Shown here in pieces: positions 9,387 through 17,238 of a stretch of 32,000 nt of DNA. The stretch lies in NCBI GenBank assembly GCA_030614005.1, contig JAUWKS010000016.1:27560-59559 (forward strand), read 5' to 3'. The first letter of the stretch is position 1; every line of letters starts with the position of its first letter. Made by a program: the position numbers and the translations under genes. Under the pieces are notes generated by a model. It ran no database searches. It saw nothing but the letters and a program-made list of their open reading frames with translations, and had not been told where the DNA came from. The DNA is from Candidatus Heimdallarchaeota archaeon. Its GTDB lineage: Archaea > Asgardarchaeota > Heimdallarchaeia > JABLTI01.

Positions 9387-10094
9387 ATGTTTTCACAACC
9401 AAGTCAATTCGGATATGACAAAGCAACGGTTATCTTCTCACCTGACGGCAGAATTATCCAAGTAGAATATGCTCGAGAAGCAGTTAAAATGGGTAGTACC
9501 GCTGTTGGTCTTAAAACAAATAATTGTGTAGTACTAGCCGGTCAAAAACGAGCTTTTGAACTAATTGAATCAGCTGATAAAGTATTCAAAATTGATGAGC
9601 ATATTGCCTCCACTTTTTCAGGTTATTCTGCAGATGGTAGAGCTCTTTTACAACGTGCTCGTGTTGAATCACAAATTGAAAGAATTACTTATGGAGAAGT
9701 TATTGATCCAGAAGTTCTCTCTGAAAAGATAGGTGATTACTTGCAATCCTTTACTCAATATGGAGGAGTGCGACCATTTGGAATTGCTATACTGTTTGGT
9801 AGTGTGTACGAAGGTGATACATTCCTGTACTTTATTGACCCTGGTGGGGCAATCTTCAGTTGTTTAGCAACAGCTATTGGCGCTAATGAAGGTGCAGCAA
9901 AAGAAGTTTTGAAAGCTGGCTTTAAGAAAACTCTTAGCAATAAAGCAGCGATGAAACTTGCTTTAGATGCCTTAAAAGCTGCAGCAGATGAAGAGGAAGG
10001 AACTATCACTGCTGAATTGGCTCTCATAGACACAAAAACAAGTAAAGTTCAAATTTTAAATCAAAAAGAACTTGATGAGTTATTGAAAGCTTAA
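9387..10094 (+). CDS. psmA: 20S proteasome alpha subunit
   Basis: YDKATVIFSPDGRIIQVEYAREAVKMG, RPFG, DPGG. Start reassigned to ATG 9387, 1 nt after the psmB stop and preceded by GGAGGAGGA at 9371-9379. Confidence 0.95.
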   Translation: MFSQPSQFGYDKATVIFSPDGRIIQVEYAREAVKMGSTAVGLKTNNCVVLAGQKRAFELIESADKVFKIDEHIASTFSGYSADGRALLQRARVESQIERITYGEVIDPEVLSEKIGDYLQSFTQYGGVRPFGIAILFGSVYEGDTFLYFIDPGGAIFSCLATAIGANEGAAKEVLKAGFKKTLSNKAAMKLALDALKAAADEEEGTITAELALIDTKTSKVQILNQKELDELLKA

Positions 10095-10098
10095 AATC

Positions 10099-10131
10099 TT
10101 TCAATTCTCTCTCTTTTATTTTTCTAATTTT
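10099..10131 (+). terminator. Oligo-T/pyrimidine-rich archaeal-type terminator after psmA
   Basis: TCTCTCTCTTTTATTTTTCTAATTTTT directly after the psmA stop, between convergent genes. Confidence 0.45.
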
Positions 10132-10848
10132 TTAATAACCATTTATTTTTAAAAGTAATTCAGGTAAATCCTTCAATAATGGGATGGTATATGTTGGATT
10201 ATATTCAGCTATTTTTTCTCCATAAATTGGTCCAAATTCACCTAGAACGCTCACCATTCGAACTTTGGCTCTTTGAGCAGCAACAATATCAGTTGGTAGG
10301 TCCCCAATGTAAAGGCATTCACTTGATTTCAAACCTAACCCTTTGACCCCTTTAAGTATGCTTTCGGGATGAGGTTTTGCATGATTACAATCATCTCGAG
10401 TTATAATGACATCAAAATCTCTCAAACTTGGTATCTTTTTCAAAGCTCTATCAATAACATTTCTCTCAGCAGAAGTAACTAAGCCCATTTTGTACTGTGT
10501 AGCTAATTTTTCTAATGTTTCATTTGCTTGAGGTAAAGGTACAATATTCATTTTACTTTTATAGTACAAAACACCGCCATAAACCAGGAATTTTAATCTT
10601 TGAAAATTACTTAAAGTTCTAACATTGGTTATTTCTAGAAATTTCATCAAAGCATAAAGTGGACTAACCTTTTCACCGGTCAAAATTTGTTTCAATGTCT
10701 GTTCCATAGTTTCAACAACAAGTTCTCGTTTAATGTTTGGTTTTGCTTTTTTAAGTGCCCAGAGATATGGCCAACCTATTCGACCCATCAGCGAGGAAAT
10801 CACGCCATCAAAATCAAATAGTATACCAGTAACTGTTGTTCCCGTCAT
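10132..10848 (-). CDS. HAD-superfamily hydrolase (phosphoglycolate phosphatase-like)
   Basis: FDFDGV (motif I), VTS (II), KPHPE (III), YIGDLPTDI (IV). Confidence 0.88.
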   Translation of the reverse strand: MTGTTVTGILFDFDGVISSLMGRIGWPYLWALKKAKPNIKRELVVETMEQTLKQILTGEKVSPLYALMKFLEITNVRTLSNFQRLKFLVYGGVLYYKSKMNIVPLPQANETLEKLATQYKMGLVTSAERNVIDRALKKIPSLRDFDVIITRDDCNHAKPHPESILKGVKGLGLKSSECLYIGDLPTDIVAAQRAKVRMVSVLGEFGPIYGEKIAEYNPTYTIPLLKDLPELLLKINGY

Positions 10849-11020
10849 TATAATTAGTCCTTATAAATTTCTATCATAGGAAGGTCTATCGACATTAAAG
10901 TTTATTGATGTAGAAGTAAATCACTTTTTTACAAAAATCAGCTCAGAATTGATTTAATCAGAAATATTCATTTAATTAAAGAAAGAAATATTTACAAGAA
11001 TACTAATTATCATTCGGGAT

Positions 11021-11890
11021 GTGAACGGTATTTCGTCTAAACACGAAAAGACACTTACGGAATATATTCGAGAATTAAGCAGTGACGAAAACAAAGTACA
11101 AATTCAGGCAGCAATAGCTTTAGGAGAATGGGACAATGATCGAGCAGTATCACCACTTATTGGTGCTCTTTCTGCAAAGAATGACGATTTTAGAAGAGAG
11201 GTAGCTCGAGCCTTAAAAGAGATTGGAAATAAAAGAGCAATTAAACCACTAATAGATGTTGTCTATAATGACCCTTCCCCCGAAGTGCGAGCCGAAGCTG
11301 CATATGCTCTCGGATATTTTTCACTTTCAAGCAATGAATCTGATGTGCTCATAGAATCACTCAACGATGATCACTATTTAGTTAGACAAAATATTGCCTT
11401 TGCACTCGGGAAGATAAAAAGAAGAAAAAGTGTAATGCCACTGATAAAACTACTTGAAACAGAAGAAAACTATAATGTAAGAGAATTGATTGCCTGGTCT
11501 TTAGGAGAGTTCAAAGATAAGAGAGCAATTCAACCTTTAATCCTAGCTTTAAATGATAATCATATAGCAGTTAGAAGGAATGCTGCTTATGCACTTGGAA
11601 GATTAGGCAATCCTTCAGCAGTTACTGCACTAAAAAATAATCTTCTTCGAGAAGGTGAAGCAAAAGAGACAGCTTGGGCTCTAAGTAAAATATTAAAGAA
11701 ACGTTTTGCGATGAAAATACTAAAAGAGACCTATAAGAAGAAGAGAAAGGGCAGAGTATTTGGTGATTGTGTGGAAATTTGCAGAATACTATTTGAGATA
11801 GATCGTAAAAGTGCCGAAGAGCTCATTAAAGAAATGCTAAATGAACGAGATTTCACCCACTATCACGATGAAATTAAAACTATAATCTGA
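11021..11890 (+). CDS. HEAT-repeat (PBS lyase-like) protein
   Basis: About six repeats of the type VR..AA.ALG.....A...LI..L.D. Confidence 0.88.
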   Translation: MNGISSKHEKTLTEYIRELSSDENKVQIQAAIALGEWDNDRAVSPLIGALSAKNDDFRREVARALKEIGNKRAIKPLIDVVYNDPSPEVRAEAAYALGYFSLSSNESDVLIESLNDDHYLVRQNIAFALGKIKRRKSVMPLIKLLETEENYNVRELIAWSLGEFKDKRAIQPLILALNDNHIAVRRNAAYALGRLGNPSAVTALKNNLLREGEAKETAWALSKILKKRFAMKILKETYKKKRKGRVFGDCVEICRILFEIDRKSAEELIKEMLNERDFTHYHDEIKTII

Positions 11891-11905
11891 GGAAGTTTCT
11901 TTTTC

Positions 11906-12619
11906 CTAATCATCCTCAGTTGAAACAATAATAGTCTCTAAAACATCATCTAACAAAGGTCTATCTTGCTCAGGTGGAGGTCCATCAATTGGTTTTGCTA
12001 GACCAATTTTAGGCGCATCTTCTAAGTCACGTAAACCGCCACTTCTTCGTCCACTCGTAGTTGCAGGCCCAACGGCAACCCTTGATTGAGAAATTGCTCT
12101 AGTAAGTTTTGATTCCATTTGATCAATCCTTTTAATTAATTGTAGAATCTCTTCATTACTCATTTCAGCAGTTACTGGTTTCTTTTGCCCTTTCGGAGTT
12201 TTTTCTTCTTTGGGTATAATTTTGCTGAACTTCATTCCTAGATCTTCAATTTTCTCAAGTATTTTTTCATTAGCTTCATCCGATAATTGAAATAAGTCTG
12301 TTTGGTTGATTGTTTTTGATTCAGCTGGAACAATATGTCGGATGTCTTCTTTCAAAGTTTGAATAAAAGTATGTAATTCATCTAATCGCTTAGAAGTGTT
12401 GGGATCAGTTGTAGCGAGCGTTTCAGAATATTTTGGTGGTTTGGTTTTTGTAGATGATTTGCCAAAGTGTTGTCCATGAAGTACAGAAATAGCATCAGTA
12501 ACAACATCCTCTACAGAGGGATACTCAGTTAAAAGATCTTCAATTTGACCTTTAGTGTCAGAATCATACACATATTCCAAATTGAATCTTGGTCCTGTGA
12601 TTTTTTTACCACTCAACAA
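11906..12619 (-). CDS. Hypothetical protein (possible N-terminal RHH-like segment, coiled coils, acidic tail)
   Basis: 237-aa ORF with coding-like composition; YPSVEDVVTDAISVL; heptads LDELHTFIQTLKEDI and ILQLIKRIDQMESKL; ends RPLLDDVLETIIVSTEDD. Confidence 0.5.
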   Translation of the reverse strand: MLSGKKITGPRFNLEYVYDSDTKGQIEDLLTEYPSVEDVVTDAISVLHGQHFGKSSTKTKPPKYSETLATTDPNTSKRLDELHTFIQTLKEDIRHIVPAESKTINQTDLFQLSDEANEKILEKIEDLGMKFSKIIPKEEKTPKGQKKPVTAEMSNEEILQLIKRIDQMESKLTRAISQSRVAVGPATTSGRRSGGLRDLEDAPKIGLAKPIDGPPPEQDRPLLDDVLETIIVSTEDD

Positions 12620-12770
12620 TCTTTCGCTCCGTCAACAGAACAATAATTTCTATTTATAGTCTTTTGTTTCTCAACCATTTTAATGTTTTTTTAACAGATA
12701 AAAAATGACTGTTTGTTATTATTCAATTTTTTCACAATACTATCTAAGTTTTGTTCCTAATAAGACCACT

Positions 12771-13571
12771 TTATCGTTTAAACAACCATTTTTCATCTTT
12801 AAAGAGTTCTTGTCCAATTCTCACTGCTTCTGTCTTTTCCTTTTCAGAAAGCTTGCCAGGAACAAGTTTCACTTTCAAAGCATTTTCAAGTCCATCTATC
12901 AAAGCGTTGCCTATTTCATCAAAGGATGGAATTGTGCCTAATTCCAACTCGAGACTTGACACCCGTTCTTTCACAGAGGATATCATCTTTGATTTTATCT
13001 TTTCATCAGGGACGATTAGCAATGAAAACATTTTCTCAACGTTAACTTTTCTTAATATAGTCCCATGTTGTAATATGACACCATCACGACGCGTTAAAGC
13101 GCTTCCAGAAATCTTCTTACCTGATTTTTTGAGAACAATATCATTTATTGGTTTGAATTCTGATTCGATATTTAGCTTTGCTAAACCATCAACGATACCT
13201 CCACAAATCAATTCATAAATTTTGATTATATCTTGTGGCATTCGTTTGTCTGAATTCAAACAATTAACAGAATAGGTTAATTCCCCTTCAAGATCGTGGT
13301 ATACTGCTCCTCCTCCGGTAATTCGCCGGATGAAATCTACTCCTGTCTTCTTACAATTGTCAATATTGATTACCTTTCTCATCGATTGAAAATAACCAAT
13401 TGAAACTGATGATGGATTCCAACGATATAAGCGAATAGTGTTTCGTGATTCACCCGAAGCAACAGCTTCTTGCACCGCTTTGTCTAATCCCATATTATAA
13501 TAACAATCGCTGGGTTTTTTTCCCCAGATTAAGCGCCATTCTGAATCGTTCATAAGTATCAACACAAACAC
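12771..13571 (-). CDS. lplA: Lipoate-protein ligase/octanoyltransferase catalytic domain (LplA-N/LipM-like)
   Basis: RRITGGGAVYHD, NDI, KKISGSA, QHGT; no C-terminal LplB domain. ATG 13553 is a plausible start. Confidence 0.88.
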   Translation of the reverse strand: MFVLILMNDSEWRLIWGKKPSDCYYNMGLDKAVQEAVASGESRNTIRLYRWNPSSVSIGYFQSMRKVINIDNCKKTGVDFIRRITGGGAVYHDLEGELTYSVNCLNSDKRMPQDIIKIYELICGGIVDGLAKLNIESEFKPINDIVLKKSGKKISGSALTRRDGVILQHGTILRKVNVEKMFSLLIVPDEKIKSKMISSVKERVSSLELELGTIPSFDEIGNALIDGLENALKVKLVPGKLSEKEKTEAVRIGQELFKDEKWLFKR

Positions 13572-13619
13572 TAGAAGAAAAGCATTTCTAATAAAATAAT
13601 AATTAGACGGTAGCTTCTT

Positions 13620-14114
13620 TCAAAAACTAGTTGAATATAGAAGTGGAATATATATGAATATCAAAAATAAAGTCTTAAATATAGTTTGTACAACCACTCC
13701 AACAACAGCAATTATTAATGACTGTTTTATTTTTGAATCGGTACTACCTAATTTCTTTGCTTCAAGGGCAAAAAAGATTGTAAAAATAAGCCACGTTGTT
13801 CCACCTAAACAAAAAGTAATCCAAGCAAATAACCAAGCAAATTTGAGTTTATTCTCAATTTGCTCTTGAATATAGGATTGTGGTTGAGCATAAGTTGTTT
13901 GTTGACCGTACACGGGTGGGGGTTTGTAATAACCAGATTGTGCTGAGTTACCAGGCCTATAACTATCTTGAGAGGGCTGAGGTAGAGTATTTGATGGTTC
14001 AAAAGCACCTTTCTTTTGTTCTTTCATATTTCCACCACAGGTTCCACAATATAGACCATTTTTATCGGTAATAGCTCCACAGTGGGGGCATATAACAAAT
14101 TTTTCTGATGACAT
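13620..14114 (-). CDS. Zinc-ribbon membrane protein
   Basis: CPHCG..CGTCG, P/Q/Y-rich linker, C-terminal TM helices. Confidence 0.75.
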   Translation of the reverse strand: MSSEKFVICPHCGAITDKNGLYCGTCGGNMKEQKKGAFEPSNTLPQPSQDSYRPGNSAQSGYYKPPPVYGQQTTYAQPQSYIQEQIENKLKFAWLFAWITFCLGGTTWLIFTIFFALEAKKLGSTDSKIKQSLIIAVVGVVVQTIFKTLFLIFIYIPLLYSTSF

Positions 14115-14209
14115 ATTATTCCTCTTTCCAAAAATTATTGTTCATTTAGAACCATAGCAGTCATCTCTATATTAAAACTTGTTCAAATTACTTTAGCTCT
14201 TTAACAGTA

Positions 14210-15196
14210 CTACTTTAAAAATCCGGTAAAGTATTGCTCAACTTCAGACAATTCTTTGGCATTTGCATCTCTTGGAAAATTGTACAGTTCTTTGCCTGGG
14301 GATTCATTATAAAATGGTCTATTACAATGAGGACAACCAGTTGTTTTGAAAGGTTTTCCAGAAACGAGTGCTTTTTTAATTTCAGTCGTTGATGTTCCAA
14401 AATCAGTAATGGTGCCTTCTTTTGAGAAGGACATATTTGAGAGGGAGCTTATCCCTTTGAAGACCAAGTATCTTGCAAGTTGGATTCTTCTATAAGAAGC
14501 CATCTCTGGTTGAGGATGCTTTTCTAAATCCGTTCCACGTACTGCAGTAAAAGCAAATAATCCAACTGTGACTTTTTTATCATAAAATTGTTGGATGAAA
14601 TTTACTGCTTGTTGTTCGGTTTCACCCAAACCTACGATCAAATGTGTGCTTACAAACCTATTGCCAAAGACTTCTGTAGTATCAACCATTGTTCTCTCTA
14701 GTGTTTGCCAAGTTATGTCCACTCCTCTCTTCAATCCTTTGATTTTCTCAAATAGTTCTGGAGTAGCGCAATCAAAAGAAATTCCAACACGTTTTACACC
14801 CAAGTCTTTCATTTCTCTTAATTCTGTCTTGTTAACTGGATAACTACAAACCGTAAGTGGAACAGTAATCGAACTTTTAGAGAGCATTGTTAGAATATTC
14901 ATCAAGTCAATTGTTGAATTATCAAATCTAACAGTTTGAATGCATATTCGTTTTATCCCCGAATCAATTGTTTCAAATCGTTCTATTAATTCGGATAATT
15001 CATAAACAGGCCAAAGCACTCGAGATAACTGATTAGTACTTCCGTGACTATCACGAGCTTGAGAACAAAACATACAATTTGATTGACAATGAGATTCAGA
15101 ATAAAGCATTAAATAAGCAGTAGTTGGTTTAACAAATACTCTTATTTTTTCTAAACCAAGAGCAGCTGCGGTGCCAATTGATGCTCGAATTTTCAT
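14210..15196 (-). CDS. lipS2: Radical SAM protein, archaeal lipoyl synthase subunit LipS2-type
   Basis: CQSNCMFC (CX3CX2C), LSRVLWP, THLIVGLGETE and C-terminal TTGCPHCNRP, matching the TXGCPXC(N/D)RP signature described for LipS2; close to a lipoate ligase gene. Confidence 0.75.
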   Translation of the reverse strand: MKIRASIGTAAALGLEKIRVFVKPTTAYLMLYSESHCQSNCMFCSQARDSHGSTNQLSRVLWPVYELSELIERFETIDSGIKRICIQTVRFDNSTIDLMNILTMLSKSSITVPLTVCSYPVNKTELREMKDLGVKRVGISFDCATPELFEKIKGLKRGVDITWQTLERTMVDTTEVFGNRFVSTHLIVGLGETEQQAVNFIQQFYDKKVTVGLFAFTAVRGTDLEKHPQPEMASYRRIQLARYLVFKGISSLSNMSFSKEGTITDFGTSTTEIKKALVSGKPFKTTGCPHCNRPFYNESPGKELYNFPRDANAKELSEVEQYFTGFLK

Positions 15197-15218
15197 TGCT
15201 TCACACTCGAATGTTCAT

Positions 15219-15875
15219 TTATTCTTGATTTAAAGTTGGTATCAGCTCTTTTAATTCTGCTAATTCATGAATATAAAGGTGAGATTTGGAGAGCTCATCA
15301 AATTGTTCTCGAGAGAACATACCAATCCTACCAATAAAGAGAATATCACTATTTTGAGCTCGTTCGCAATCTTTGAGAGAATCACCGATATACACGATTT
15401 CTTTTGAGCTTAAATCAAATTCCCTCATTAAATAATCAAAATGATCTTTGCCTTTTTCAAAACCCTTACGATAACCAAGAATGCCATCAACTTCTAAACC
15501 TTTCAATGAACAATATTTTTCAATTATCGGTTGAGTAGAAGAGCTGGAAATTGCTACTTTGTAATTATTCGCTCGAAAATAGGTAATTGTCTCAATGGAA
15601 TCTTTGAACAGTGGAAGATCGAAAATCCCTTCTAATTTCTTTTGCTCATATTGCTCAACAACTGTAATATTATTATCATTGCCAGGAAAAAGCATGCCGA
15701 TTTGTTGAATAAAAGGTAAACCAGTGGTGCTACGATATTGAGTTCGGGCATCACCTTCTTCTAAGGCATAATATCTAACTATTAGTTCAACAGCATACTT
15801 CTCAAGAGTAGGCATTGTATCAGCAGTGGTTCCATCAAAATCTAAAGCAATCAACTTTATCATGGGAAGAGACAT
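15219..15875 (-). CDS. HAD-superfamily hydrolase
   Basis: LDFDGT, ISSSS, K in EKGK, YIGDSLKD. Confidence 0.85.
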   Translation of the reverse strand: MSLPMIKLIALDFDGTTADTMPTLEKYAVELIVRYYALEEGDARTQYRSTTGLPFIQQIGMLFPGNDNNITVVEQYEQKKLEGIFDLPLFKDSIETITYFRANNYKVAISSSSTQPIIEKYCSLKGLEVDGILGYRKGFEKGKDHFDYLMREFDLSSKEIVYIGDSLKDCERAQNSDILFIGRIGMFSREQFDELSKSHLYIHELAELKELIPTLNQE

Positions 15876-16044
15876 CCTTCTGTATTCAAATAATCATTTT
15901 TTTGTATACGGTTTTCTTTTTGATTCTTTCTAATAAACCTCAATTAATAGAAAAATAATCGATAACTCAGACACTTAATATTGAGGAAAAAGTCTAAAAG
16001 TAGTAATAAGATATTCTGCTAACAAACTTCTAGGAGATAGAAAA

Positions 16045-17052
16045 ATGGCAAAAGCAATTGTAATTACAGGCGCAACATCCGGTTTAGGATTATCACATGC
16101 TGTGTATTTAATATCAAAAGGATATACAGTATTTGGAACGAGCAGGAAAGAAAATCCTGATTTGAAAGAATTAAAAGAAATATATTTGCGAGACCATACC
16201 AAATGGAAGTTTTCTAACAAAGAAAAAACAGAGGTCATAGCTAAAAAGATGCTATTACCAAAAAAGATCATTGCTAATCTAGATGAACTCCTAAAGAAAA
16301 TTCAATTCTATAAAATGGATGTTACTTCAGATAAAGAAGTTAATGATACAATCAAAGAAATAAATGAAAAAGCAAAGGTAGTAAATGGAAGAGGAATAGA
16401 TGTTTTGATCAATAATGCTGGTATAAGCTTTTATGAGAGTGTTGAAGGACTCTCAATGGAAAATTGGCAAAAAACATTTGATACAAATTTCTTCGGTGTA
16501 TTGCGAGTAGTAAAAGCTGTTCTGCCATTTATGAAAGAACGCGGAAATGGACAAATAATAAACACTAGCTCTTTAGGTGGGGTAATTGCAATACCATTCC
16601 AATCACACTACTCAGCATCAAAAGCAGCTCTAAAATTATTTACGGAAGGGTTGCACGTAGAACTAAGACCATTAAATATCAAAGTTTCTGTCCTCTTACC
16701 AAGTGATATTAATACTAACTTTAACAAAAATACCGGAAAACTCTCGAGTAACACATTCGGGGAATTGAACTCAATCAATCTCAAAGAGATGATAGAGAAT
16801 AATCCAATGGACAAGAAATCACCACATTTCACTAAAGCTAAAAAAGTTTGGTCAGTAATAATCAAGAATCTAATAATATCTCCTCCACCCATTACAGTAT
16901 CAAGAAAGCTCTCAAAAATCATCAAAGCAAGAAAACCAAAAATAAGTTACTATGCTGGAGATTTTATACAAGGATTCCTATTATTATTCCTTAGAAGATT
17001 TGTTACAGAGAACTTTGCTTACTTTATTCTACCAAAATACTACGGAATGTAA
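16045..17052 (+). CDS. Short-chain dehydrogenase/reductase (classical SDR) with insertion
   Basis: TGATSGLG, NNAG, TNFFG, SS, YSASK. Confidence 0.9.
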   Translation: MAKAIVITGATSGLGLSHAVYLISKGYTVFGTSRKENPDLKELKEIYLRDHTKWKFSNKEKTEVIAKKMLLPKKIIANLDELLKKIQFYKMDVTSDKEVNDTIKEINEKAKVVNGRGIDVLINNAGISFYESVEGLSMENWQKTFDTNFFGVLRVVKAVLPFMKERGNGQIINTSSLGGVIAIPFQSHYSASKAALKLFTEGLHVELRPLNIKVSVLLPSDINTNFNKNTGKLSSNTFGELNSINLKEMIENNPMDKKSPHFTKAKKVWSVIIKNLIISPPPITVSRKLSKIIKARKPKISYYAGDFIQGFLLLFLRRFVTENFAYFILPKYYGM

Positions 17053-17106
17053 GAATTAATACCAAAATATTCTGGTGTTTTTAAACTAAAAAAAGAAAGT
17101 CTCTAA

Positions 17107-17217
17107 TAGAGAACTTAAACAGGAGTTCTCTACCTCTCTCCCACGAGAGACTTACGAGTCTTTCAACCCCTATTTTCCTTTTCTTGAGTCGGGGGTGCTA
17201 TTTTGCTCCCCACTCAA
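17107..17217. other. GC-enriched multi-hairpin intergenic element (terminator, ncRNA or mobile remnant)
   Basis: Four stem-loops in 111 nt between convergent genes (see findings). Confidence 0.4.
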
Positions 17218-17238
17218 AATAAACTAATTTCAATTTAA

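Noticed and set aside
11021-11890. HEAT protein as a proteasome cap or chaperone
   Set aside because: Generic short PBS-lyase-type repeats, separated from psmA by an opposite-strand HAD; proximity is the only evidence.
12751-13218. 155-aa plus-strand ORF and other short track ORFs (e.g. 281..535, 5149..5403, 9070..9426, 9755..10033, 16608..16925, 28690..28971)
   Set aside because: They overlap well-supported genes as antisense or alternate-frame shadows and carry no motifs.
14210-15196. Radical SAM as a RiPP maturase for the 48-aa peptide
   Set aside because: It has the LipS2 signature and a lipoate-ligase neighbour, lacks a SPASM/RRE pattern, and lies 4 kb from the peptide.
17155-17170. 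CTTTCAAC (reverse GTTGAAAG), resembling a CRISPR repeat end
   Set aside because: Single occurrence, no repeat-spacer periodicity and no cas genes.
17107-17217. SECIS element or Sec/Pyl recoding explanation for the hairpins and internal stops
   Set aside because: No AUGA/GA quartet seen; the internal stops are TAA, not TGA/TAG, and TAA ends many intact genes here.
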